From the NCBI GenBank assembly GCA_040954595.2, contig CM082589.2, positions 3,052,213 to 3,116,212 of the forward strand: DNA of 64,000 bases. Reading direction: 5' to 3'. Source of the stretch: Balanoglossus misakiensis. Taxonomy: Eukaryota; Animalia; Hemichordata. The translations under genes and the position numbers were made by a program. The stretch's first letter is position 1. Every line of letters begins with the position of its first letter. Below, piece by piece: positions 29,801 to 41,112 of this stretch. The notes below the pieces were generated by a model. That model was given only the letters and a program-made list of their open reading frames with translations, had not been told where the DNA came from and made no database searches.

Positions 29801-30908
29801 AAGTCTGATTGATTTTTTTTTTCCATTTTCTAGGCGGCTAAGTCTTAGACCTACGCAGGAAGAATTGGAACAGAGAAATATTATGAGGAGTGAGTTGAAC
29901 TTCGTCAATTTTTCAAACTCAGATTTGTTACTTTTAAGTGTTTAATTTGAATACATTGAGTGGATTAAAGGTTTTGTGTTAATATCTCCTGTGGCCAAAA
30001 ACAACCACTGAACGTTGTGTTTTCTTTTCTCGTTTACAGAATTGAGTCAGAAAGAGCACTATGAAAATATAGAAAAAACTAAGAGTATACTTACAAGAAA
30101 AGTAAGTATTCAGAAAGACTTGAAAAACAGTTTCTTGCGTTTCTTTTCCCAATAAGCATGGTCACACTCTAACACAAATGATATCTTGTATTTTCAGTTG
30201 AGTTTTAGACCAACAGTAGAAGAACTGAAGTTGAGGAACATTCTCCAATTCTGTGACTATGTGGAAGTCACACAAGCCATCGACTATGATCGAAAGGCAG
30301 ATAAACCATGGACGAGACTCACTCCGCAAGATAAGGTAATGCACATCAAAATGATGCTCATTTAACCCTTTCACTACCATGGTTTGGTCCATATCCATTG
30401 TTTTCTATGGTAGAGGGACTTACATGTAGGGGTGAAAGGGCCAATAGTTGAATTTTTAATTCTTATTGAATGTTTGTGTCTCTGTCGCCAGGCTGCTATT
30501 AGGAAAGAACTGAACGAATTCAAAAGTGCTGAAATGGAAGTACATGAAGATAGCAGGCAATATACAAGGTGAGGTTTATGTCCACTAACATTGCTTGGTG
30601 TTTTGTCCGTAGGGGGCGCTCGTCAAAGATGCTTGGTGGTTTGTCAATAGAGGGCACTCCTCTATGACACTTGGCTTGTTCATAACCAGTGATTTACAGT
30701 TGGGGTTGGGGAGGGGTATGATATTCAGGTATAGATCAGTATCTAAGGTTTAGCATAAATTGTAAACTTGTACGTACCAAAAATATGTGCAGTCTGCTCT
30801 TGACTGTCCTCTGTTGTATCCAAATGAGGCTTTTTCAATCTTGTAACGGGCATCCTCAAACATCTTTGTCTTGTCTTTTTTCTTCTTCACAGGTTTCATC
30901 GTCCGTGA
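5853..30908 (+). CDS. PHACTR: Phosphatase and actin regulator (RPEL-repeat PP1 cofactor), about 482 aa, 13 coding exons
   Basis: Exons 5853-5964, 20756-20929, 21250-21318, 26471-26644, 28696-28869, 29012-29123, 29241-29368, 29557-29713, 29834-29889, 30040-30101, 30198-30335, 30492-30568, 30893-30908, all GT-AG and phase-compatible. Hallmarks: [11 protein letters not shown]; N-terminal RPEL ([20 protein letters not shown]); three C-terminal RPELs ([21 protein letters not shown]); PP1-binding tail [14 protein letters not shown]...[18 protein letters not shown]...TRFHRP. Exon 1 is the least certain. Confidence 0.95.
12887..12926 (+). CDS. PHACTR: Candidate alternative first exon of PHACTR ([14 protein letters not shown])
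   Basis: ATG...AAA G|GTATGT, phase 1, matches the acceptor at 20756; GGCCAATCAG about 135 bp upstream. Confidence 0.6.
16115..16142 (+). CDS. PHACTR: Candidate alternative first exon of PHACTR ([10 protein letters not shown])
   Basis: ATG TGG CGA AGG TTA AAA GGA AAA CGA G|GTATGT, phase 1, in frame with exon 20756. Confidence 0.55.
18135..18213 (+). CDS. PHACTR: Candidate alternative first exon of PHACTR ([27 protein letters not shown])
   Basis: GC/CpG-richer patch, protein-like ORF, phase-1 donor A|GTACTT (weak). Confidence 0.4.
21325..21446. repeat. Degenerate C-rich minisatellite (about 4 units with core CCCCTCTGAT)
   Basis: Repeated c(c/t)ctctgat...aac units just after the RPEL1 exon donor. 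Confidence 0.6.
24765..25899 (+). mobile_element. Non-autonomous TTAA-targeting DNA transposon, Kolobok-like, 1135 bp
   Basis: TTAA at 24761-24764 and 25900-25903; perfect 9-bp TIR AGTGGAACG/CGTTCCACT with an imperfect extension (TTTTGAGC vs TTTTGGGC); purine-purine termini; CpG-richer than the flanks; decayed coding remnants (YNFEPE; YRPYGLF..MHG...RRALP.KETYP). Confidence 0.75.
26342..26421 (+). mobile_element. piggyBac-type TTAA MITE copy, right end decayed
   Basis: TTAA|CCCTTTCACCACCATGGTTCAGTCCAAATCCATTGTTTTCTATGGTAAGGTTGG...; homologous to 30366-30440 and to the reverse complement of 51506-51590. Confidence 0.75.
30366..30440 (+). mobile_element. piggyBac-type TTAA MITE copy
   Basis: TTAA|CCCTTTCA...TGAAAGGG|CCAA (degenerate TSD); same family as 26342 and 51506. 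Confidence 0.8.
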
Positions 30909-33900
30909 AAATTCCTAAACAGTATCCTCAGTTGCAATTTACAAATATGCAGAGTATTTAATTTTGTTTTTTGACAAGTTTTCTTCTTTTTTTACCTGTA
31001 AAAAGGGAAAAGTAATCATGCTGCTTAGATAAGCTAAGCCAGAGATCGTGCACCAAGAGTGCATCATCTGCATGTCACGTAATATTGTCTAGCTTTTTAT
31101 CAGTTCTATGGTGTTTTGACAAAACTCTATGCCACATCACAACTTGTCTAGTCATTGATTGTCAATTATTAAGTGTTACTTTTTGCAATAATAATTTTCT
31201 GCAATAAGACTGCACACAAAAATGAAATATTACAAATGACTTTTGCCTGTCACCTTTGACCTCTGCTGTATGTATACATAAAAATTCATCATGACAACCT
31301 CCCATCTGTTTACATATATCAATTATTTGCATCAAATTTTTCCTCCCCTTTGCATCTGTCAATGGACATCTCTAGTATGTATATTACCCCATTAGAAAGA
31401 AACTACAAACAATAACACTAGGCCCAGCTTTAAGTAAAAAATAGTTTTTGTCATATACTGAAATGAATAAGTACATTTTATCTTGCTGTGATGTGTTTTC
31501 TTTTGTAATTTAAAACTTGCGTGAATTTTGAGCAACTAAGATATATTGCCAGATGAAGAGTTTGTAAAAAATTTACTCAAAAACTAGACTATAGGTTGAG
31601 TAGTGTTTACCAAGGATTTCATTACAGCTTGCCTTAAAGAAATCATTTGCAGGAAGCAATCAAAATGATTCCATGCCATTGTTTTCAAATGTGTTGTATA
31701 TTCACTTCATTTGGCTTTTTTTTTTGGGGGGGGGGGGGTACCAGAATTGAAATGTGCAGTTCATGAAGATGATACAGTGTTGATATATGAACACGATAAA
31801 GCTGTGGTGTGTTGTTACTCGGGGTGGATATAATCAAAGAGGACCATGGCTGGCTTATGACAAAAGTCTGAAGCTTTGCTCCATAAAACTGCTGCAGCCT
31901 GGGGGAGAATGCTGTCACCGTTTGTAGTGTGCAGTTTGGGGATCTATATCAGAAAATTTCTTGGGTGTTTTACGACTTGCTGGATATTTGCAGCGAATCT
32001 GTCAATTTCATATCAAGTGTATAGTGTCTTTTTCACAGAGCAACCAGCCAGGGACAGCTGGAGAATTTACAGAAAATATATGATATCCCGACTCTTTCCT
32101 GCTGTTACGCACAGGGTTCTGTGACCCTCTCCCGTTGTTCTAATCAGACATCACTCATTCCTTCGAGAGATCACCGTTGTTTTGTAAAGACTCAGTGCCA
32201 AAAATCTACCTGACTGTGCCATTGTTAATCACCCCTGTTACTATTAGTGGTTTTTTTAGCGCAAATGACACCAAACAAACTCCCGCACTGATATCAGTGT
32301 CGGTTGTGTTTTCTGAAAACAAGTGTGAAAACCCAGAGGATGTTCTCAAATCAACTGCAACCATTATATCTAAAGTTTTCCTGAAATTTAAGTAATGATC
32401 ACAAATACCATACAAACGTACAAGAGTGTTACATAGGCACCTGACAGTTGGTCATGTGATTGGTCTCCTGTTTCTCATATTGCTTTCTGAAAGTTGTGGC
32501 CAACTGACAGAATCAACCGAAAATCAAATCAAGTCAGAAAATTATTTTTGTATTGAAACAATATCAAACCATGAAGAACATTTGAAAAATTAGGTAGCCC
32601 TTACGAGAGGTGTATTTGTAAAAAGACGTGTATTTTTTGTCCAGACGGGCAATTTTTGACTTAGATTTTTCTGTCAGTAAGATAACTAGCAATTGTAAGT
32701 TTTTTGGAGACTGTGTCTATTCACGGGAAATCATCTCTAAGTGTTTTCAGCCCAGCACTGAGAATTCATTGACATTTTCAGAGTCGTAAATCATTCTAGG
32801 TGTGTAAGGTTTTTTGTTTTCCACCAACTTTTGTAAATTATGACGTTCAGAGGTTAATAATCTATGTGAAAAATAACTGAACCCCACATGTCTGAGCATT
32901 GCCACTGTATAGTCTAACATAGAACCATTGAGAGTTCACCTTTGACCTTATAAGGTCAAAAGTCATCAGGGACCAATCATATCAGATGGGACTTGATTTG
33001 ATTGGTTTTAAAAAAGCGCACGTTGCTGAGTAGTTTACTTAAGAGGCTAATTGTAACTGATGATGGGAGGAGATATGATGGCCTACCCTCAGTTTCATAA
33101 CGGATATGTCATTTTCAAGATATCCAATTGTTTCAGTACCTGCCTGTTGGTCAGAATATGATCTGTCCGTGATCTTCAAAATGTGATTTTTTTCTAGAAA
33201 AAAAAGGTAGAGACAGAAATTGTTAAAACGGTGACTTTGCGATCTTGAAGATGTGGAAAATTGATTTCTTTATGAACATGTGTCCGTTCGTGATCAGCTG
33301 TTTTGATTTTTAACGCTAATAAGATGAGCTTGGAAGTTCCAAGAGCACGGATAGAAAGATTTTATCTTTCATTGAAATTCTTGCCAAAAGTAGGTAACTA
33401 TGAAAAAGATCATGGGTCAATAGGGTCATATGTCAAATTTTGCATATCTTGCTTTAGTGTGTTGTCAGATTTTTATTACTATGTGTCTATCTGCCTGTCA
33501 TTTCAATGCTAGGGCAAATGTGGCATGATTTAATTTAGTATTCCCCAGGAAAAGATGGTGTGTACTGAAAATTGCTCTTCATATGGAATATATGGATGCC
33601 ATCTTGTTCTGGGAAATACTTAACTGTTTTGTCAAGATGCTTTCTCTCTTTGCACGCATCTGATTTTTTTTTTTAGAAAGACTGAAAGTGAAATGTGTCT
33701 CTGGAAAAAATTGAGCAAAGGATTGTTTGATTTGAACAAGTACACTGCAGAGATGCAACTTGCTGCGTTGGCAGTAGTAGACCAAATCACATGATATCCA
33801 TGATTGACAAATGGGGTAACTGATATCAAACTCACAAGAACCTCGACCAAAATGGAACAGTAACACGAACTCTGATTGGCTGTTTCCAAGCCACAATACT

Positions 33901-34230
33901 GAGTGAGGGACCCTATCTGGTCTCGTGTATTATACTACGTGATTGGCTAGCTCTGACTAGATGCAGATTATCTGTACATTGTGATATTTTCCCAGAATTC
34001 CTGACACTTTTGTCAGAGTTTGAACATTTTTTGTACAAGTGAAATTGAGACCTGATATTGGTCACAACTGTCTTTTCCAAATTCAAAAAATGAGTAATGT
34101 TTTTATGCCAATTTGAGAAAAGACGATTTTGTCTTAATTTAGTAAATAATGTAGCGTCATTTGTATGTAGCTTTTTCCTCAGGAAAATATGTAAAGTTGT
34201 TATAATAAAATTATAGACCTGACACACTGT
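30909..34230 (+). other. PHACTR: Probable long (~3.3 kb) AU-rich PHACTR 3' UTR with AATAAA at 34204-34209
   Basis: AT-rich, no credible exons; AATAAA is followed by a GT/T-rich tract. Confidence 0.5.
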
Positions 34231-35723
34231 TCTTATCTGTTTTCATTCATGTATATTTCAAGGTAGACATGCAGCACATGCAGTGATAATAGTGATTATA
34301 TAGCGCCCTCTATAGGTCAAACTGGATATCAGCTGAGAGTAAACCCGTGTTTTCGCAAAAGCCACGATGTGCAATGAAAATTCAGAGATGCAGACAAACA
34401 TAGGGTCAGCTCCGATCCGGGTCAACGTAAATTATCTGCCCACGTGCACTGTTTCAAGCATGGTCCACAGGTGCATGGAATAGGTTGCTATGTGAACCAT
34501 GCCCCTCTTCTCTAGAAACGTACAGGTACACAGATATTGTGGCCGCGAAATAAGACATTTGGTGGCAGCCCAGAGGTTGTTTCTTCCGCAAATTAAGCTC
34601 TGATCTAAACGAGTTCTAAACCAAATGACAGAATAAATACCTTTGGTGCTCGTCTTTCGTTGTGGGCCACATCTATCTGTTGCATCCGAAGTCTGAATGC
34701 AAGTTTCGTCGTCTGCATTCAATCCCAGAGTTCTCTGCGCCCAATGCAGTCGTGGGTTTCTCGTCTTTTTCCATCTTTACAGGTAGTAATAAGGCCATCT
34801 TTTATCAATTTCGATGTAAAAATGATAATTACGGGGATATGGCTAGGTGTATTTATATAAATGAGGAGGAAATACAAGAATTTCCCAGAGGCCTTTCGGG
34901 AAATCCAACATACGGTGGCACTTCCGGTTTCGTGATGAACCTGTGCATGCGCTGTGAATGGCTGGAGCTTCACTTTCTGTAACGCTGATTTTCTCTGGTT
35001 ATTTTGGTCAAATTTCAATATGAGACCGCATACCCTTGTCATAAACGACCAACCAGTGTTTGAAAACAACACATTTGTCCTTCACAGTTAGACTTGCGAA
35101 ACGGGAGTCGCTCCTTTTATAGCAAGAAAATTAATTGCAAGTAAAGACACACTGCATATACATGTACTTGTTTATTGACCGATATTTTTTCGTACAAATA
35201 TTGTAAAGTAACATTCATTCCACTATCCCAAAATACCACGATTGCAACTTCAATTTATTAAAAAAAAAAATTAAAAATGCTTCTTATCCAACAGGTCTAA
35301 CAGTTTTACTGTTATTGCTGTTTTGCGTAGAAATACATCGCGCCTGTAAATACAATGTAGGTGTAAACTTGAATATGGTATTTCACCACAATTAAACCCA
35401 CTTTTCTGTCCGATTTGTTTTAAAATGACATGGAATTTCAAGTGTATTCTATAGAATAAATTATATACATTTTTTAAATACATCCGCATTTTTTTTATTC
35501 ATTGGTAGGCGTTTTTCCTCTTTGTAAATATGGGATTTTTCATTTCCCGAAGTAAAGTTTTAAAATAATAACAATAATAATAACTCTTCAATAAAGCAAC
35601 CAAGCTTGTGCATTGTTCCAAAAGAACTTTTGGAGTTAAGTTTTCAACCATGTAAAATAAGACATAAATGTACGCTGATGTAACCAAACCGAAAAAATAT
35701 GAACATATTTGGATGCCCAATCC

Positions 35724-38700
35724 CTAGTCCTGACAAATATTTATAATTTGCTTTCCCAAAATTCCGTTCGGTTTCCCAAGGTTCTCTATGGCGTCTGCCG
35801 CGCGATCTAAAGAGTATTGCTTGCCGACAACTGGAACAAAGGTACCTCCTTCCACGTGCTTTTCGATGAATTCGAACGCCTTTTCCAGCTCCATCTGAAA
35901 TTGGGGGAAATGAAATGTCACTATATTTAGCATAATAATCTGTAATGCATGAAGTGGTTGCCGTAAAGGGTTTCATGACTACCATGATATCGAAAGCTTT
36001 GAATTTTATGGCCAAATTAAAGAGTTTAGAACCTACTTTGGTGGATCTAATCAATCCTGAGACGCCCAACAACTCGATTTCCTTCGGCATTAGACCCTCA
36101 AGGTTTGTCTGGAGCTGCCCAGGACCTCGTCCAATAACCTATGCGAAAATACAATGACAGAAAATATTTGCATGAAATGTTTCTAATTCCAGTATAGCTT
36201 GTGGTTTCTTTATGTTTTAGATTATTTGACACGTTATGGAAGTCTAAGCCTACTATTATCATAAATTTTACTTACTAAAATTTTTCCTCCTGGTGCCAAC
36301 ATCTTTATATCCCCTTCTATGTTCAATGTAAGCGCCGTTTCTGCAATAAGGTTCACTCCCTTGCCATCCGTAGCCTCCTGCGCATGCGAGATATTTTCAT
36401 TACCAACAATATACTTTAAGTTATTTCGTATATTTCAGTGGTACCTTTCTAGGTTTTTACCACATGAGCTTGTGACCCGGATAATCTTATATATGCTACT
36501 GTCCATGGTTCTTAATGATGATGTCACTTTACAAATGCTAATACTCGAGCCAGTTCAGCGACAGAAATATTTGAAATACATTCATGGTATGTGTTTCGAC
36601 CAAAACTGGTCTACTCACCAAGACTTGTGTCACGTGGTGAGGTGCTTTGTGATTGAAGACAAAATCGGCGCCATTTTCTTTGACAAGATTCATTCCCTCA
36701 GGGGTGCTTGCTGTGCCGATGACTCGCAGACCAATAGCACGTGCGATGTGACAACATGCTAGACCCACCTGTGATAACCATTGAGTTAACACTGTCATAT
36801 AAGGGAGCATTCAAGGGTTTTTTAAGGTATCTGCCAGTGGGAAGGTTACATTGCTGTTATATTCCTTGGACCGTGTCAACTATGTTGCCTGGCTGGCAGC
36901 CGATATGCCAAAGCAACTTTTTGTCATATAAGGAGTGAAAACTCGAGATTGAAAATAACATTATCAAGGTGTGGCGTAACCTGTTGAAAAATAGGGTTTC
37001 CTTACCTGGCCGCTAGCTCCGTGAATCAAAATGGTCTCCCCGGCCCGCGCTTTGCCCCTGAAAAATACCAAGGATGGTGTATGAAAACAGCGACGTTGCC
37101 AATAAGAAAATGCACCAAGTCTATAAGTAGCGTGCACTGTATTGTGGGACCGGAAATTGTACTATTGACCAACCTGTGCACTATTGCCCTGTAGGCAGCA
37201 GTGTACGATATAGGCAAGACGGCGCCTTGCTGAAAAGTTGACTGTTGTGGCAGAGGGCGCACGTCATCTTCATTCACCAGTGCGTATTCGGCGACGAGTC
37301 CCAGCTTGGTCGAATATGTGTAAACACGGTCTCCTGGCTACAAAAATAGACAGACAGACAGATTTTCATTAATAAAGTGTTTGTATAACAGTTTTCAAAA
37401 AGACTCTTTGGAGGACTCTCACTTTTCTGAAAATCTGTCCCGAAGTGTGTACACTATATAAAGCAAAATGAATCTCCAAAACTTTATTAAGTTGACGACG
37501 TGTGTGTATCGCTGCGAGTTGTTTTCATGACTCCCTATTACCTATATCTATTCACGACATTGACGCGAACAGGATGAAGTATGTCCGTGTTGTTATCAAC
37601 TTTGATATAGATTATGACCAGGGAAATGTTTCTTCTATTGTCTGTACCCTTGTCTGGTCTTTGAAATCATCCCAACCTGGTACATGTACTTAGCATAAGC
37701 TCGTACGGGTAACAGATAACACGCGAATTTTAAGGGTGACGTCATACCTAGATATGCTTGGTCAAAACAGACTCAAAAGGGCCTTGTCTACAAACCTTAA
37801 ATCGTGTCACATCGCTCCCGACTTCTGCTACCACCCCGGCTCCGTCAAGTCCGGGCGTGAAGGGCGTGGTCACTTTCACGTGGTTGAAACGGCCACGTAA
37901 GATAGCCTTGTCCATGGAGTTCACACCCACTGCGTGCATCTTTACCAATATCTGCAGGTGGGAGTTAGATTTATGATAACAACTCCTGTATATCATAAGT
38001 CAAACACATACTGAAGTGCGGACACGGTATTAAACCTTAGTACACACATTCCTTTCACTGGCTAGGCATTTTACAGTACCACTTACAGCTGTCACGTTGG
38101 GCTACTCCGCATTTTTGACACGAATCCCTGAACAACGATGAAATACCCAGCAGGTTACTTATCAAATAAGCCTATATATGTTCAGTAAGCACTGACGTTG
38201 TTGCTGTTGTCGAAAAATGAATTCGGCTAGAATTTTACGGGCGATTTGGAATTTTAATACTGACGAAAAAAACTTTTGGAAAAGATTTGTCAGTTCTTCC
38301 ATATCCCCGCAATCAAATTGTTCACGCCATTTCCAAACAAGCTAACTTTTACCATGGAAGTACTTCCATGCTTTTACACGATCTTCCGTCATTTTTCTGC
38401 GAATAACCCTGGTTTCAACTTCTCGAAGATGTGAGGAAAGGAAATCTTCCCGAGTGTCGCGGCTGTGAAAATTATGAGAACGACCTGTTGCTGTCCGGGG
38501 GAGAAGATCAAACGCTTTTTCGCCCATGTGTGGCAACACGTGAGCCGAAGCCACACATACGTAATTCCACACTGCCTATGCGATAGCAAAGGCCGACTCG
38601 GAAACAACCCAGCGTGCGACGACGGATAATGTGCAAGCGCTGTCAGGCACTTCGCCGTACCCCCCTCCCTAAATGTATGACCCAAAACTCGAAAACCAGA

Positions 38701-38836
38701 GCACTTTCCTTTCCACAGGGGCCAAGACAATGCCATTTCGACTCACCCCTTTGCTGTGCACTTGTGGTTTCGGCACATCGTGACACACCTCAGGTCGACA
38801 GGTTTCTTCAAAACTGTTGACAACGAGCGCCTTCAT
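35724..38836 (-). CDS. CRYZ: Zeta-crystallin / NADPH:quinone oxidoreductase-like (MDR family), copy A, 328 aa, 8 coding exons
   Basis: Exons 38747-38836, 37796-37951, 37174-37337, 37006-37057, 36619-36768, 36276-36377, 36037-36138, 35724-35894; 987 nt, in frame. Motifs: VPKP, HAVGVN, PFTPGLDGAGVV, GDRVYT, YTAAYRA, GETILIHGASGQVG, GTAST, GADFVFNH. Confidence 0.9.
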
Positions 38837-39217
38837 GTTTGATGCTGCACCGACAGACTGCAGGAACCCTACTGTGAAGATACGTCGGTCAAGTCTGTGT
38901 TTAGTTCTGAGACGCCCAAGTTCCAGGATATGAATACATACGTAATCCATGTTCCGGGTTGCTGCATTGACCAATAGACAGCCTGTCCACTCGATAATGA
39001 CCGTGCTGAATCCGGAATGCTCCAGCAATAAACACATTTGGTTTGACCAAATTGGCGATAATTAAAAAAATTCTCCAGTTCCACCGCTCAGAAAAAATAT
39101 AAATCTGTCTTGTGACAGAGAACTGATGTTATGCAATCTCCCCCGCACGATTACACACGCATTGTGATATCTTTTTGATGCCATCTTTTTTCTCAGTTAG
39201 AGGACGATAATTAAACA

Positions 39218-39421
39218 ACTCACTCACCTCACCCACCTCTCACTCATTCACTCCGGCACTCACTCACTAACTTACTCACTAACTCACTCACTCTCTCATT
39301 CACTCACCTACTCATTCATTCATTCATTCATTCATTCATTCATTCATTCATTCATTCATTCATTCATTCATTCATTCATTCATTCATTCATTCATTCATT
39401 CATTCATTCATTCATTCATTC
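39218..39421. repeat. (CATT)n microsatellite (~27 units, 39313-39420) preceded by degenerate (CACT)n
   Basis: Directly visible. Confidence 0.97.
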
Positions 39422-39662
39422 GCATGATTTTTACCAGACTGTATGTACAAGGAAATGGTACTGACTGTAACCGTTGTACATATCCGGGATTCGAAAGGTT
39501 CGCTTTACCGGCTCAGATCCAATGACACTCTCTAAAAGTAAAACTGCTTAATTATAGCACAGAAATTACGTCCCAGTTTCATATCCGCAGACACGATTTT
39601 TCATTTTAAATCTTTATTGGGTTCTGTAAACGTGTACAATGCATTATGTATTGTCACAGGAA

Positions 39663-40025
39663 TGTATAGGCTGTCAGAATTAGTATATGTTGACCCAACG
39701 TTGTTTAGTTCATATGAGCTGGTGTTGGGGATAGGGTTAAACACCGCATTCGGAAATACATTCCGGGTGACGGTGAAGGAGGCGTCGAGCATTGACCTGT
39801 ACGCCTTGCCACAAAGTGGCCGTACGAATATCAAGAACTATGGTGGGAGTGCAAGAAAGTACGCAAAATATGTAACTCAGGTTTGGCTATAGCTGCAATG
39901 ATTGTAGCGGAGGCTGCTGGGTTGACTTTGGTTTTCACAGTATTTCTGCGAACAGTCAACTTCGCATCACCTGCTACAATCATTGCACCTAATTTGCCTA
40001 CAGATAAGTATCACCTGATCTCCTG
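39663..40025 (+). pseudogene. Possible decayed PMP22/EMP/claudin-like tetraspan gene fragment
   Basis: One frame gives LVLGIGLNTAFGNTFRV (TM1 plus a W-to-R-like site). After a frameshift, YQELWWECKKVRKIC resembles the GLW..C...C signature and is followed by hydrophobic LAIAAMIVAEAAGLTLVFTVFL. Confidence 0.3.
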
Positions 40026-41112
40026 ACAAACCTTGCATAACCGCACGAGACTGGCTGCCTGTTATATAATCACGACATTTGTGGAGTCTCATTCTATTGT
40101 GGTCAACATCAATTTTCAGACAAGGTGGGGGCTGGCCAAAAACCAGAGCAGTCAGTTGTTTTTGTCAGTTTTGGCTCCTGTCTTGTATCTATCAATAAAA
40201 TACCCATTAAAGACCCTTTTAATTTTTAATAACGTCAAGGATAAAGCGGCATTATCTTTTCTAGTGGCCGTGATTAGATATAACCCTGATATACAAAAAT
40301 CAAACGGCTGTACATGTACAGTACATGCACAGAACAGGAGGTACGGGTTGCTGAGATAATTTTCTATCGTTTCCCTCTATTCCTTTCGTCAATCGTCGCC
40401 AGAATTTTTTTTCAGGGAAGTCTGCAGGGAATCCCCCAAAATCTACCAAAACCTTAAAGGAATAGGCCCATTTATTTTGAATTTCGCTCATTTCAACACT
40501 TCATGTTTCACAAAAGCATTGTTTTCTTTCGTTTCTTTGTTCTGGAAATACATGTATCCTGTTCTCTTGTGTCGTTACACAGGATTTCTCGCTTAATACT
40601 CGCTTCAGTTTCATGCTAGCTATTTTTTTTCATATTTGTCGGATTGAGTTTTTATAGTCCTTGGAGTTGTCGACAAACTCTCTCAAATCCGGAGGACCTA
40701 CTCTTGAAGTTAACGACAAACTCTCTGACAAGCTCACGCCAACTCTCTCAGATCCGGATACTCCACCATTTTGATTATGCCCCTTTTCTGTTATTAACAT
40801 TTTTTGTGCATCGGGGAACCTTAGAGACGAGGTCACAGTATGGGTTTATGGGAATGACTAAGCTTATTAGTCTGAGGTACCCCCACCTCCCGTTCGATTC
40901 TGATTGATATTTTAGAAAACAAAGTTCTTATATAAAGCTTTTCCCAAGGCATGATTAATCATGATAAATATGATACAATCAATCGTTACAATTATACTGG
41001 GCATCAATTCAATCATATATGCTTATATGATTTTCAATTAATATTCTGGATACATATATAGGCTTATGATGGTTAGCCACTTTCCATTATGATTTTTATG
41101 ATTTGTTTGTCT

